This document shows positions 36,366-44,747 of a DNA stretch of 50,644 bases, in pieces; position 1 is the first letter of the stretch, and the number at the start of each line of letters is the position of its first letter. The position numbers were made by a program, and so were the translations under genes. This DNA comes from Nitrospirota bacterium (lineage in GTDB: Bacteria; Nitrospirota; Thermodesulfovibrionia; Thermodesulfovibrionales; JdFR-86), in the NCBI GenBank assembly GCA_037385265.1, contig JARRNG010000007.1, forward strand, positions 1-50,644, read 5' to 3'. The notes under the pieces are model-generated. The model did no database searches. It was not told the origin of the DNA and saw only the letters and a program-made list of their open reading frames with translations.

Positions 36366-37274
36366 TCAGGCCCCGGAACCGCGCCGGGACTCCATGAAGC
36401 GGAGGACCTCCTCGAGGTCTGGTATCCCGGCCCTCCCTCCGAGCTTCCTGCACTTGAGGGCGGCCATGGCCGAGGCAAACCGCACCGTCCTTGACAAGTC
36501 CCATCCCCGGAGGAGGCCGTAGACGTAGCCGCCGTGGAAGACGTCGCCCGCCCCGGTTGAGTCGATGACATCCACCTCGAAGGCCGGGACCTCGATAATC
36601 TCGCCTCCGGAATACGTAACGCTGCCGCGCCGGCCCAGGGTAATGGTGGTTACCCCCGGGGTCAGTTTCCCGGCCCCGGGTCTGAAAGATTCGGGGTCGC
36701 CGTTCCAGCCGAGCTCGCGGCCGAACTCCTCGGAGCCCACCACGTAGTCCGAAAGCGCCGCCGCCTCGAGCATCCCCTCACGCACCCGTCCGGCGTCGAG
36801 CATGACGGGGACCGACGCCTCCCGCGCCTTTTTAGCGGCCCGGACCGATACTTCGGCCATCAGTCCGTCGAGGAGGAGAAAATTGCACCCTTTGAGAAAA
36901 TCCCCCGGGAGCTCTTCCGGCAAGAGGGCTCTTGCCGAGGGCCTCCTCCAGAAGATGGTCCTCGTCCCCTTTCCCCTTTCTATGGCGATGAAGGCGGTCT
37001 GCGACGAGGCCCCCCGGCGGCTCAGGAGGCCCGAAACCTCCACGCCCTCATCTAGGAGGGACCGCCGGATATTGCCTCCCTCCCCGTCGTCTCCGACTAT
37101 GCCGAAGAACCCGCACTCCACGCCGAGACGGCGAAGGGCGACCAGGGCAGTGGCCACAGGGCCCCCGCCCTGCTCCTGCCACGAGAGCACCTCCTTCTTG
37201 GAGTCCGCCCCGGGGTAGGAGTCCACCTCGGCGAGATAGTCCCAGGAGCACTGTCCGATGCCGGCAACGACCAT
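36366..37274 (-). CDS. PfkB-family (ribokinase-like) sugar kinase
   Basis: 302 aa. The C-terminal DSTGAGDVFHGGY motif is present. Its start is 6 nt after the radical SAM stop. Confidence 0.8.
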   Translation of the reverse strand: MVVAGIGQCSWDYLAEVDSYPGADSKKEVLSWQEQGGGPVATALVALRRLGVECGFFGIVGDDGEGGNIRRSLLDEGVEVSGLLSRRGASSQTAFIAIERGKGTRTIFWRRPSARALLPEELPGDFLKGCNFLLLDGLMAEVSVRAAKKAREASVPVMLDAGRVREGMLEAAALSDYVVGSEEFGRELGWNGDPESFRPGAGKLTPGVTTITLGRRGSVTYSGGEIIEVPAFEVDVIDSTGAGDVFHGGYVYGLLRGWDLSRTVRFASAMAALKCRKLGGRAGIPDLEEVLRFMESRRGSGA

Positions 37275-37280
37275 GGGAGA

Positions 37281-38783
37281 TTATACAACGCCCGGGGCTT
37301 TGCCCCCCTCAGGCCTCCCATGCCCTGTCCTCATCGCCTTCTCAGCCCTGGCGCACTCGGGAGCGATGAAGTCCCTGACCCAGATGTCCTCGGTCAGGGC
37401 CCTGACGTCCCTGCCGTAGGCGGCCATCCGCCGGCTGTATTCCTCGTCTGTGAGGGCCTCCCCCGCCTGCTCGTCCATGGGCTTGACATCGAAGCCGTCG
37501 ATGATGCTTCTTGCGTCTTCGTAGTGGTCCCTGATGGGGCAGGGGACTATGAAGTTTTTGACCTTGTCGGGAGGTTGGTCGTAGCCGTATTCGTTCTGCC
37601 ATTTGCGGAGCGAGGCGAAGTACGGGGACAGGAGTATGTCGTTGAGGCTTCCTCCCTCGCGGTAGACATCGTTGACGTTCGAGGCGTAGTAGGGGAAGAA
37701 GGTGCAGGGAGCGGCGTTTCCGTTCCAGTCGATGTAGAAATAGCCCCCCGGCCGGCCGGCGGAGATGCACCCGGTGGAGAAGGGCCCGCCGTTCCAGAAG
37801 TCCACGAGGAAGATGTTAGACTCCCTTATCATCCTCTGTTCCTGCTTATATAGGGCCACCCGCTGCTCGGGGGTTATCATGAGGTCCAGGGTATAGCTCC
37901 TTCCGATGGGCATGTACTGGAATATCCACCCGTATACGGCTCCCCGCTCGCCGAAATAGAAATCGCGGAACCTCTCGGACATTATGGTATCGACGTTGAG
38001 GCGCGTGGCAGTGGCGCTTATTCCAAAGGGCACGCCGGCTCCGACCAGGTTGTCCATGGCCCGCATGATCTTCCCGTAAGTGCCTTTCCCGCGGCGGGTG
38101 TCGGTCTCTTCCTCAAAACCCTCCACCGATATGGCCGGAGTTACGTTGCCGAGGTCCGCCATCCGCCTGGCCGCCTCCCTGGTAATCAATGTGCTGTTCG
38201 TGTAGATCATGAAATAGTTGTCGCTGTTGGCCTCGAGGATATCGAAGAAAGTCCTCTCTCCCCGCCTGTAAAGGAGAGGCTCACCGCCGGATATTACGGT
38301 GAAGTGAGAGCCCCAGAGCTGGGTCTTTTGCTTGATGATCCAATCGAAGACCTCGAAGTCTAACGTCTCGGCGCTCTCCTTCGAGCTCGAGGCATAGCAG
38401 CCAGTGCAGAAGAGGTTGCACTTCTTGGTCGGGCTGATATTGAGAAATGCGGGAGGGTCGAAGCCGTATGTCCTAGAGAATTCCACCGTGCGTTCGTTGG
38501 TGCCCAGGACTACGCAACCCACGAAGTTGGCTATTAAAGCCTTCCTGACTTTCGGGGAAATCCTTCCGTCGGAGAGGGCCCTGTGGACGGCGTGCATGAG
38601 GTTCATAAGGATTTGGCACCTGCCCTCCTGCATGGCCCTGGGCCTGTTATCTTTGTTCACCACCACGTACTTCCTGTGCAGGCTCTTTCGGGCTCCCCGC
38701 AAGGCTATGTTCCTCAAGGTCCTGGACTTGAGTAAAAAGTCCAAGGAGTCCGTCGACAGCCTCTTCCATGCGGTCTCGATCAT
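37281..38783 (-). CDS. Radical SAM protein with an N-terminal extension of about 120 aa and a C-terminal twitch/SPASM-like Cys region
   Basis: CNLFCTGC (CxxxCxxC), ISGGEPLL, YMPIGR, then GC...PC...PC. The likely start is ATG 38783 (GAGGGG RBS) rather than the track's TTG 38813. Confidence 0.8.
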   Translation of the reverse strand: MIETAWKRLSTDSLDFLLKSRTLRNIALRGARKSLHRKYVVVNKDNRPRAMQEGRCQILMNLMHAVHRALSDGRISPKVRKALIANFVGCVVLGTNERTVEFSRTYGFDPPAFLNISPTKKCNLFCTGCYASSSKESAETLDFEVFDWIIKQKTQLWGSHFTVISGGEPLLYRRGERTFFDILEANSDNYFMIYTNSTLITREAARRMADLGNVTPAISVEGFEEETDTRRGKGTYGKIMRAMDNLVGAGVPFGISATATRLNVDTIMSERFRDFYFGERGAVYGWIFQYMPIGRSYTLDLMITPEQRVALYKQEQRMIRESNIFLVDFWNGGPFSTGCISAGRPGGYFYIDWNGNAAPCTFFPYYASNVNDVYREGGSLNDILLSPYFASLRKWQNEYGYDQPPDKVKNFIVPCPIRDHYEDARSIIDGFDVKPMDEQAGEALTDEEYSRRMAAYGRDVRALTEDIWVRDFIAPECARAEKAMRTGHGRPEGGKAPGVV

Positions 38784-38985
38784 GGCGTCTTCCCCCCTCA
38801 AATAATATCCCAAGGACGACTGGTTGGTCAGATATCAAACACCTACCACGGCGGGAGGGAGTTGTCAACCGATTTCCCATCCGGGTTGTTATGGCGCGGC
38901 AACATATCACGGCTGACGAGTGGGCAGGAACACGACCCGAAATTCTTATGTAGCATCGCTGGACAACCGGAGGGAAAAATGATAA

Positions 38986-39008
38986 ATATGAAATGAAGTG
39001 ATTCATAT
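38986..39008. promoter_or_regulatory. Inverted repeat just upstream of the norC RBS (candidate operator)
   Basis: ATATGAA-N9-TTCATAT, with perfect 7-bp arms. It ends 5 nt before GGAGG. Confidence 0.3.
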
Positions 39009-39023
39009 CTACGGGAGGTGCCC

Positions 39024-39707
39024 ATGACGAAGAAGCAGGCAAAGGCCATTTTTATCTGGGGCACCCTAATCTCAGCTGTCCTGTTCGTTGCCCTAACTGT
39101 CGATTCCATAAGGCAATTTTCCGAAAGAACCCACGAGCAGAAATTGAGTCCGCAGGTTGCCGAAGGAAAATGGGTCTGGCAGAAGCACAACTGCAACGAC
39201 TGCCACACCATTCTGGGCATCGGGGGTTACTACTCTCCTGACCTGACGAAGGTTATGAGTTACCGCGACGAGGCATGGATGGCCCGCTTCCTGCGAGACC
39301 CCCATAAGGTATGGCCGGCGAAGAGAAGGATGCCGGACCTCGGCCTGAGCGACAGGGAAATCGCCTCGCTGATCTCGTTCTTGGTCTGGGTAAACGGCAT
39401 AGACACGAACGACTGGCCACCCAAGCCCATAAGGGTCTCTACAGCCGCGGCGGTGTCAGCGCCGGAGGCCGAGGGTAAGAAGGTCTATGAGAAATGGGGG
39501 TGCTCCTCCTGCCACAAGATGGGGGGAGTCGGAGGGACCGTTGGCCCCGACCTCACGCATATCGGGAGCAAGAAAGACGCCGCCTGGCTGAAAAAACAGA
39601 TCGTGGACCCGCAGGCCCATTTCGCCAACTCCATAATGCCGCCGTTTTCTACCATTCCAGAAAAGGACCTCGACCTTCTCGTTCAATACCTTTTTAGCCT
39701 AAAGTAG
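39024..39707 (+). CDS. norC: Nitric oxide reductase cytochrome c subunit NorC with an extra C-terminal class I cytochrome c domain (two CxxCH)
   Basis: It has a TM anchor. GKWVWQKHNCNDCHTILGIGGYYSPDL...IDTNDWPP resembles Pseudomonas NorC. A second domain follows: GKKVYEKWGCSSCHKMGGVGGTVGPDL. Confidence 0.85.
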   Translation: MTKKQAKAIFIWGTLISAVLFVALTVDSIRQFSERTHEQKLSPQVAEGKWVWQKHNCNDCHTILGIGGYYSPDLTKVMSYRDEAWMARFLRDPHKVWPAKRRMPDLGLSDREIASLISFLVWVNGIDTNDWPPKPIRVSTAAAVSAPEAEGKKVYEKWGCSSCHKMGGVGGTVGPDLTHIGSKKDAAWLKKQIVDPQAHFANSIMPPFSTIPEKDLDLLVQYLFSLK

Positions 39708-39713
39708 GAGGCA

Positions 39714-41045
39714 ATGATGAAGTACAGGACCCAGGGCATAGCATATCAATACTTTCTCGTGGCCACTATCCTCTTCGGGCTGCAGATAGTCTTCGGCCTT
39801 ATAACCGGGGCGAAATACGTGTGGGACACCGACCCCCTCATCAACCTGCTTCCGTTCAATACCTCTCGGGCCATACACATTAACCTGCTGGTTTTCTGGC
39901 TGCTCCTGGGCTTCATGGGCGGCACTTACTACCTGGTCCCCGAGGAATCCGAGACCGACATTTACAGCCCGAGGCTCGCGCTGGCGCAGCTCTATCTCCT
40001 TACCGCCATCGGAGTTGCCGCGATAGTCGGTTATATCTTCGGCTGGACATGGGGGATGCCCTTCCTGGAGCAGCCCACCGTCCTGAAGATAGGGATCGTG
40101 GCAGCGGCCCTGATCTTCCTGTTCAACATCTTCATGACCGTGATGAAGACGAAAATATGGACGGCCATACAAGGCGTGCTCCTGCTTGGGCTTGTAATGC
40201 TGGCGGGGTTGTTCCTCTTCGGGATATACTTCGACAAAAACCTCTCTACGCAGTATTTCTGGTGGTGGTGGGTCATCCACCTCTGGGTGGAGGGGGCATG
40301 GGAACTTGTGGCCGGCTCAATCATGGCCTTCATACTCCTGAAGCTCACGGGCGTTGACAGGTCGCTGGTTGAGAAATGGCTTTACGTGGAGGTCGGACTC
40401 GTCCTGTTCACGGGCATCGTCGGCACGGGTCACCATTATTACTGGATTGGCACGCCGAGGTACTGGCTTTGGTTCGGTGCGGTATTCAGCGCCCTCGAAC
40501 CCGTCCCGATACTCTTCATGGTCCTGGACGTAATGCGCGACGTCAGGGAAAAGAAGGTGCGGATAGAGAACAGGACCGCCCTGTACTGGGCCGTGGGAGG
40601 CGCTTTCATGCACTTCTTCGGAGCAGGAGTATGGGGTTTCGCGCACACCCTCCCCCAGATAAACAAGTGGACCCATGGGACCCAGGTGACGGCCTCGCAC
40701 GGACATTTCGCCTTTTTCGGAGCTTATGTGATGCTTAACCTGACCATGATATATTTTGCGGTTCCCACGATTAAGGGCCTGAAGTCTCTGAGGCAGGGGC
40801 TCGGCATGAAAGCCTTCTGGACAATGAACTTCTCGATGATACTGATGGCGCTGGCGCTGGCCGTGGCCGGTGTCGTTCAGACCTATTTCCAGCGCATAAT
40901 GGGCATCGACTACCTGACGACCCAGGGGTTCATGAGATTGTGGTTCGCCGTGTTCTGGGTTTCGGCGTGGGGTTTCGCGGCGGGGGTCCTGATGTATATC
41001 GTAGATTTCTTCACCATGGGCGGGGTCGGCGAAATGCAGGGATAA
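39714..41045 (+). CDS. norB: Nitric oxide reductase large subunit NorB (cNOR type)
   Basis: YFWWWWVIHLWVEGAWELV, GTGHHYYWIG and HGHFAFFGAY align by eye with Pseudomonas NorB. Confidence 0.9.
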   Translation: MMKYRTQGIAYQYFLVATILFGLQIVFGLITGAKYVWDTDPLINLLPFNTSRAIHINLLVFWLLLGFMGGTYYLVPEESETDIYSPRLALAQLYLLTAIGVAAIVGYIFGWTWGMPFLEQPTVLKIGIVAAALIFLFNIFMTVMKTKIWTAIQGVLLLGLVMLAGLFLFGIYFDKNLSTQYFWWWWVIHLWVEGAWELVAGSIMAFILLKLTGVDRSLVEKWLYVEVGLVLFTGIVGTGHHYYWIGTPRYWLWFGAVFSALEPVPILFMVLDVMRDVREKKVRIENRTALYWAVGGAFMHFFGAGVWGFAHTLPQINKWTHGTQVTASHGHFAFFGAYVMLNLTMIYFAVPTIKGLKSLRQGLGMKAFWTMNFSMILMALALAVAGVVQTYFQRIMGIDYLTTQGFMRLWFAVFWVSAWGFAAGVLMYIVDFFTMGGVGEMQG

Positions 41046-41393
41046 TCCTCAAGAATGAAAGGTTTTTTACGCAAATCCGCACCGTGAAGGACTTGACTCG
41101 CTCTATGTATTTTCTATTCGGGGGGAGGCTTTTTTCATAGGCTTCGGTTAGACTTTCCGTTTACTTTGCAGAGGTCTAAGCGTTATAGCAGGCGCAGCCG
41201 TAACTTGGGAGTTCCAATCATACCCTTCAACATGATACACTTCGAAAGATTATTCCGTAGAAATTATGAAGCTTAACGTGAGAACAACGCTGCGATGGAC
41301 GACAGTCTTCAAACCAGTGTCCGCGCACGATGTGCTTGGATTGTCTTATGGATACTCAATGCAGCTAAGGCAAATTGCGAGATAGGCGCTAAA

Positions 41394-42758
41394 ATGAAAC
41401 GACCTGATATCTCCAGGGTTGTTTTTAATTGCACTTTCATTATTGTTGCTTTCGTTTTGACCCTCTATATAGGTATTTATTCTGGAGCTACGAATAATAT
41501 TATCTTTGACGCGTATCAGACGATTAACCAAAGAATTGAGAATGCTCTCGATGTCCTTTCAAAAAATTATTCCAAGAAGGCAAGGATTCATTCCTATTTC
41601 TTACAACAATCCCGTTATGAGGGTGAGGGGGTTACTGTAAACGAAGCTTCGGCCAATCAAGAGGAATTAATTTTACTTGCGGGCTTCTTCGAAGATAGCA
41701 ATGAGCTTCGGCTAATTCAACGCGACGGAACGATAGTTGCCCGCTGGCCGGTCAAATTTTCCGAGATCTTTCATGGGATGGAAGATTTTGGAGAAAGACC
41801 GGCGTCCGATTTAAACGTAGCCATTCACGGTGCCCTTGCGCTGCCGGATGGATCCATCGTTTTCAATTTCGACCGCGTCGGGGTCGTTAAGATTGATAGA
41901 TGCGGGAAGGTCCTGTGGAAGCTCGGTGGGGGCGCACACCACTCCGTCGAGCGCGCCGAAAGCGGCGGTTTTTGGGTTCCTGGAAGAAAGTACTACGGAA
42001 CGGGGTCCCCATCACCCTTTCCTCCCTTCTCGCCCCCGTTTGCAGAGGATCATATTATGAAGATTTCCGATGACGGTAAGATTCAAAAAGAGATGTCTGT
42101 GGTCAAGCTATTTTATGAAAACGGCCTGGAAACCCTGCTAACGGCCAACGGAGAGTCTTTCACACCCCAGAGAATATGGAGCCAGGAAATTGTTCATCTA
42201 AATAAGATCGCCGAGCTTTCAAGTGATGTTGCAGATGATTTTCCGATGTTTGAAGCAGGAGACCTTGCCTTATCATTCAGGAAAAGAAATCTTGTCATGG
42301 TTGTCGATCCGGAAACTCAGAAGATAAAATGGTTGAAAATCGGGCCCTGGATACGCCAGCATGACCCGGAATTTAAGGCAGGCGGAACAATTGTCCTTTT
42401 CAATAATAATACGTATCACACCACCTTTCTTGACAACAACCTTAAGAGTCCGACCAACTTCCCTTGCACGTCCAACATTATCGAAATTAATCCCGCTACA
42501 GGTGCTTACAGTATTGTTTATGGTAACAGGAAAGGGCAAGAGATGCTGTCGGTCATTCAGGGTAAGCTTGAATTGGCCCCAGGTGGGGGCTTGCTGATCA
42601 CGGAGTTTGAAGGCGGACGGGTGTTCGAAACGGATAGCAGCGGCGATATTATATGGGAATACATCAATAGGTATGATTCAGACGAAGTTGCGGAGATTAC
42701 CGAGGCCCGCGTCTATCCCGCGAAATACTTTAATGTATCTGACTGGTCTTGTTACTGA
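41394..42758 (+). CDS. Arylsulfotransferase (ASST)-like beta-propeller protein with an N-terminal membrane anchor, paralogue 1
   Basis: The anchor is VVFNCTFIIVAFVLTLYIG. His motifs are AHHSVERAE, VHLNKI and RQHDPEF...GGTIVLFNNN. The start was set to ATG 41394. Confidence 0.65.
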   Translation: MKRPDISRVVFNCTFIIVAFVLTLYIGIYSGATNNIIFDAYQTINQRIENALDVLSKNYSKKARIHSYFLQQSRYEGEGVTVNEASANQEELILLAGFFEDSNELRLIQRDGTIVARWPVKFSEIFHGMEDFGERPASDLNVAIHGALALPDGSIVFNFDRVGVVKIDRCGKVLWKLGGGAHHSVERAESGGFWVPGRKYYGTGSPSPFPPFSPPFAEDHIMKISDDGKIQKEMSVVKLFYENGLETLLTANGESFTPQRIWSQEIVHLNKIAELSSDVADDFPMFEAGDLALSFRKRNLVMVVDPETQKIKWLKIGPWIRQHDPEFKAGGTIVLFNNNTYHTTFLDNNLKSPTNFPCTSNIIEINPATGAYSIVYGNRKGQEMLSVIQGKLELAPGGGLLITEFEGGRVFETDSSGDIIWEYINRYDSDEVAEITEARVYPAKYFNVSDWSCY

Positions 42759-43122
42759 CTAATCGGGCGGTGTTTAAGGGAGATACTGCGAAGAGTAGTG
42801 TTCACCGCCTGACTATTGGATATGTTCCATCCCTTGACCGCCCATGCGTATGTGGGGCCTGGCGCGGGACGGCACTTCCAAACTTCTGGAGGCCCTCTAA
42901 TCCACGGGCTCCTTGACGCGCATGACAGTCCCCATATCAGACACTCGAGGGCGCCGTGGGTATATTGGGCTCCTGAGACGCTGATATGACGTCGTAAGGT
43001 CAGAGCAGACCCGTGTGTTATAATTAATTGGACTTGGTTATTTCAGCAAATAATACCCGCTCACCTCACATGCAAATAAAACGATTAATATCGAAGATTT
43101 CAGGCGCATTGCCTCGGAAACA

Positions 43123-44538
43123 ATGAGCAATAGGTCGGTAAGGCAAAATAACGATTCCGACGGCGGACCCTCCTCCAGATTACGTCTCATCCGGGTCATC
43201 GCGCTGTGCTGGCTTGCCCTTTTGATAGGCTTTTTCGGCGGGGCATATGTATACAGCACGGAGGCATGGCCATATCCGATAATAAAAGGGATTGAAGATT
43301 TTGTTGCCGGCCACAAGGAAGAAAAGACATCGTTAACAGAGAAGGTGGAAAGCGACCTTGGCATCAAACCAAGCAGACAAATCGTAACTGCTACAAAATT
43401 GGTGAAATCCGTCCGGAGGATATATAAGGATAATTTAGGGGAGTTAAACGGGCTGCCCCTGAAATCACATCGGGAGAAACCCCTTATCTACCTCTCCGAC
43501 CGCGCCCCCAGGGGCTACCGGGTCATATACGGAGTATTCGATTTTCAAAGGACACGGCATGGGGCGATCCTCCTCGACCCCGACGGCAATGTCCTCAATG
43601 TTTGGCAGATAAGCCAGGAAATCGTGCCATGGCGCCATCCCGAAGACGCCAATGTTTACCCTCACGGATTCGAGATTGCCCCGGACGGCTCTATTGTAAC
43701 GGCGTTCGATGAAGGGGCGTCCTTAATAAAGTTTGACTATTGCGGCAACGTGGTCTGGGGCGCCAAGATCGCCTCTCACCATTCCATTAGTAGCGACGGC
43801 GATGGCGATATCTGGACCTGGGGAGACCCAAAGGGTCATCCAGCCGGCAATTGGCTCATGAAGATAGACTACGAAACAGGCAAAATTCTCAAGATGATCG
43901 ACATGCTACAAGTCATGAAAAAGAATCCCCTTATTGACATCTTCGGCATTCTCCAGGATTATGATGGAAACTGGCTTTACCCCAATGACCCCGGATTTGC
44001 CTGGCACACAAACGATGTCGAAGCGCTTCCCAGGGAACTTGCGCAATACTATCCTATGTTCAAGGCGGGAGACCTGCTCGTGAGCCTCCGCCAGCCCGAC
44101 CTGATATTTGTCCTGGACCCGGAAACCCTTAAAGTGAAGTGGTGGCGAGAGGGTTTGGCGCGCAGGCCGCACGACCCTGACTGGAACGATGATGGGACCA
44201 TTACCATATTCAACAATAACACGCACAGGCGATATTCCAATATCTTGGAGTTGAATCCGGCGACAATGGCTTTTGATGTAGCTGTTGACGGCAAGAGTTA
44301 TCAGTTTTACTCCGCGATTCGAGGCAAGCACCAGAGGCTGCCTGGCGGTGGCAATCTAATCACCTCGTCTGATCAGGGGCGGGTTTTCGAGGTCGATCCA
44401 GAGGGCAACGTCACCTTCGAGTTCTTAAATCTATACAGCGATAATAAGCGAGAAGGGGACAAGGCTGAATTACTGCTTGTATCAGAGGCCCGTTTCCTTC
44501 CAATAGACTTCTTCAAGGAGTTACCGAAATGCGAATAG
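43123..44538 (+). CDS. Arylsulfotransferase (ASST)-like beta-propeller protein with an N-terminal membrane anchor, paralogue 2
   Basis: The anchor is LIRVIALCWLALLIGFFGG. His motifs are SHHSISSDG, WHTNDVEAL and RPHDPDWNDDGTITIFNNN. Confidence 0.65.
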   Translation: MSNRSVRQNNDSDGGPSSRLRLIRVIALCWLALLIGFFGGAYVYSTEAWPYPIIKGIEDFVAGHKEEKTSLTEKVESDLGIKPSRQIVTATKLVKSVRRIYKDNLGELNGLPLKSHREKPLIYLSDRAPRGYRVIYGVFDFQRTRHGAILLDPDGNVLNVWQISQEIVPWRHPEDANVYPHGFEIAPDGSIVTAFDEGASLIKFDYCGNVVWGAKIASHHSISSDGDGDIWTWGDPKGHPAGNWLMKIDYETGKILKMIDMLQVMKKNPLIDIFGILQDYDGNWLYPNDPGFAWHTNDVEALPRELAQYYPMFKAGDLLVSLRQPDLIFVLDPETLKVKWWREGLARRPHDPDWNDDGTITIFNNNTHRRYSNILELNPATMAFDVAVDGKSYQFYSAIRGKHQRLPGGGNLITSSDQGRVFEVDPEGNVTFEFLNLYSDNKREGDKAELLLVSEARFLPIDFFKELPKCE

Positions 44539-44747
44539 TTAAGTTTCTTGCCTTTCTGGTGGCCTTGTTATATCCATTACCTGCATGCGCATATGTGGGA
44601 CCGGGTCTGGGTCTAGGCGTGCTGGGCGTACTGCTGGGCATTTTGTTTTCGGTGTTCTTGGCGATTTTTGGTATCTTCTGGTATCCGATCAAGAGATTGC
44701 TCGCGAAGTTTCGCAAGGGACCCCAGAAAGACGATGTCTCCAGGTAG
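44529..44747 (+). CDS. Small two-TM membrane protein (72 aa)
   Basis: MRIVKFLAFLVALLYPLPACAYVGPGLGLGVLGVLLGILFSVFLAIFGIFWYPIKRLL... It overlaps both neighbouring genes, by 10 nt and 14 nt. Confidence 0.5.
   Translation: MRIVKFLAFLVALLYPLPACAYVGPGLGLGVLGVLLGILFSVFLAIFGIFWYPIKRLLAKFRKGPQKDDVSR

Noticed and set aside
37281-38783. Assigning the radical SAM protein to the tetraether/membrane-spanning lipid synthase family.
   Set aside because: The length is similar. However, only three extra conserved-looking Cys follow the CxxxCxxC cluster, which is too few for the multiple auxiliary clusters I recall for those enzymes. I cannot align it from memory, so I left it as an unassigned radical SAM protein.
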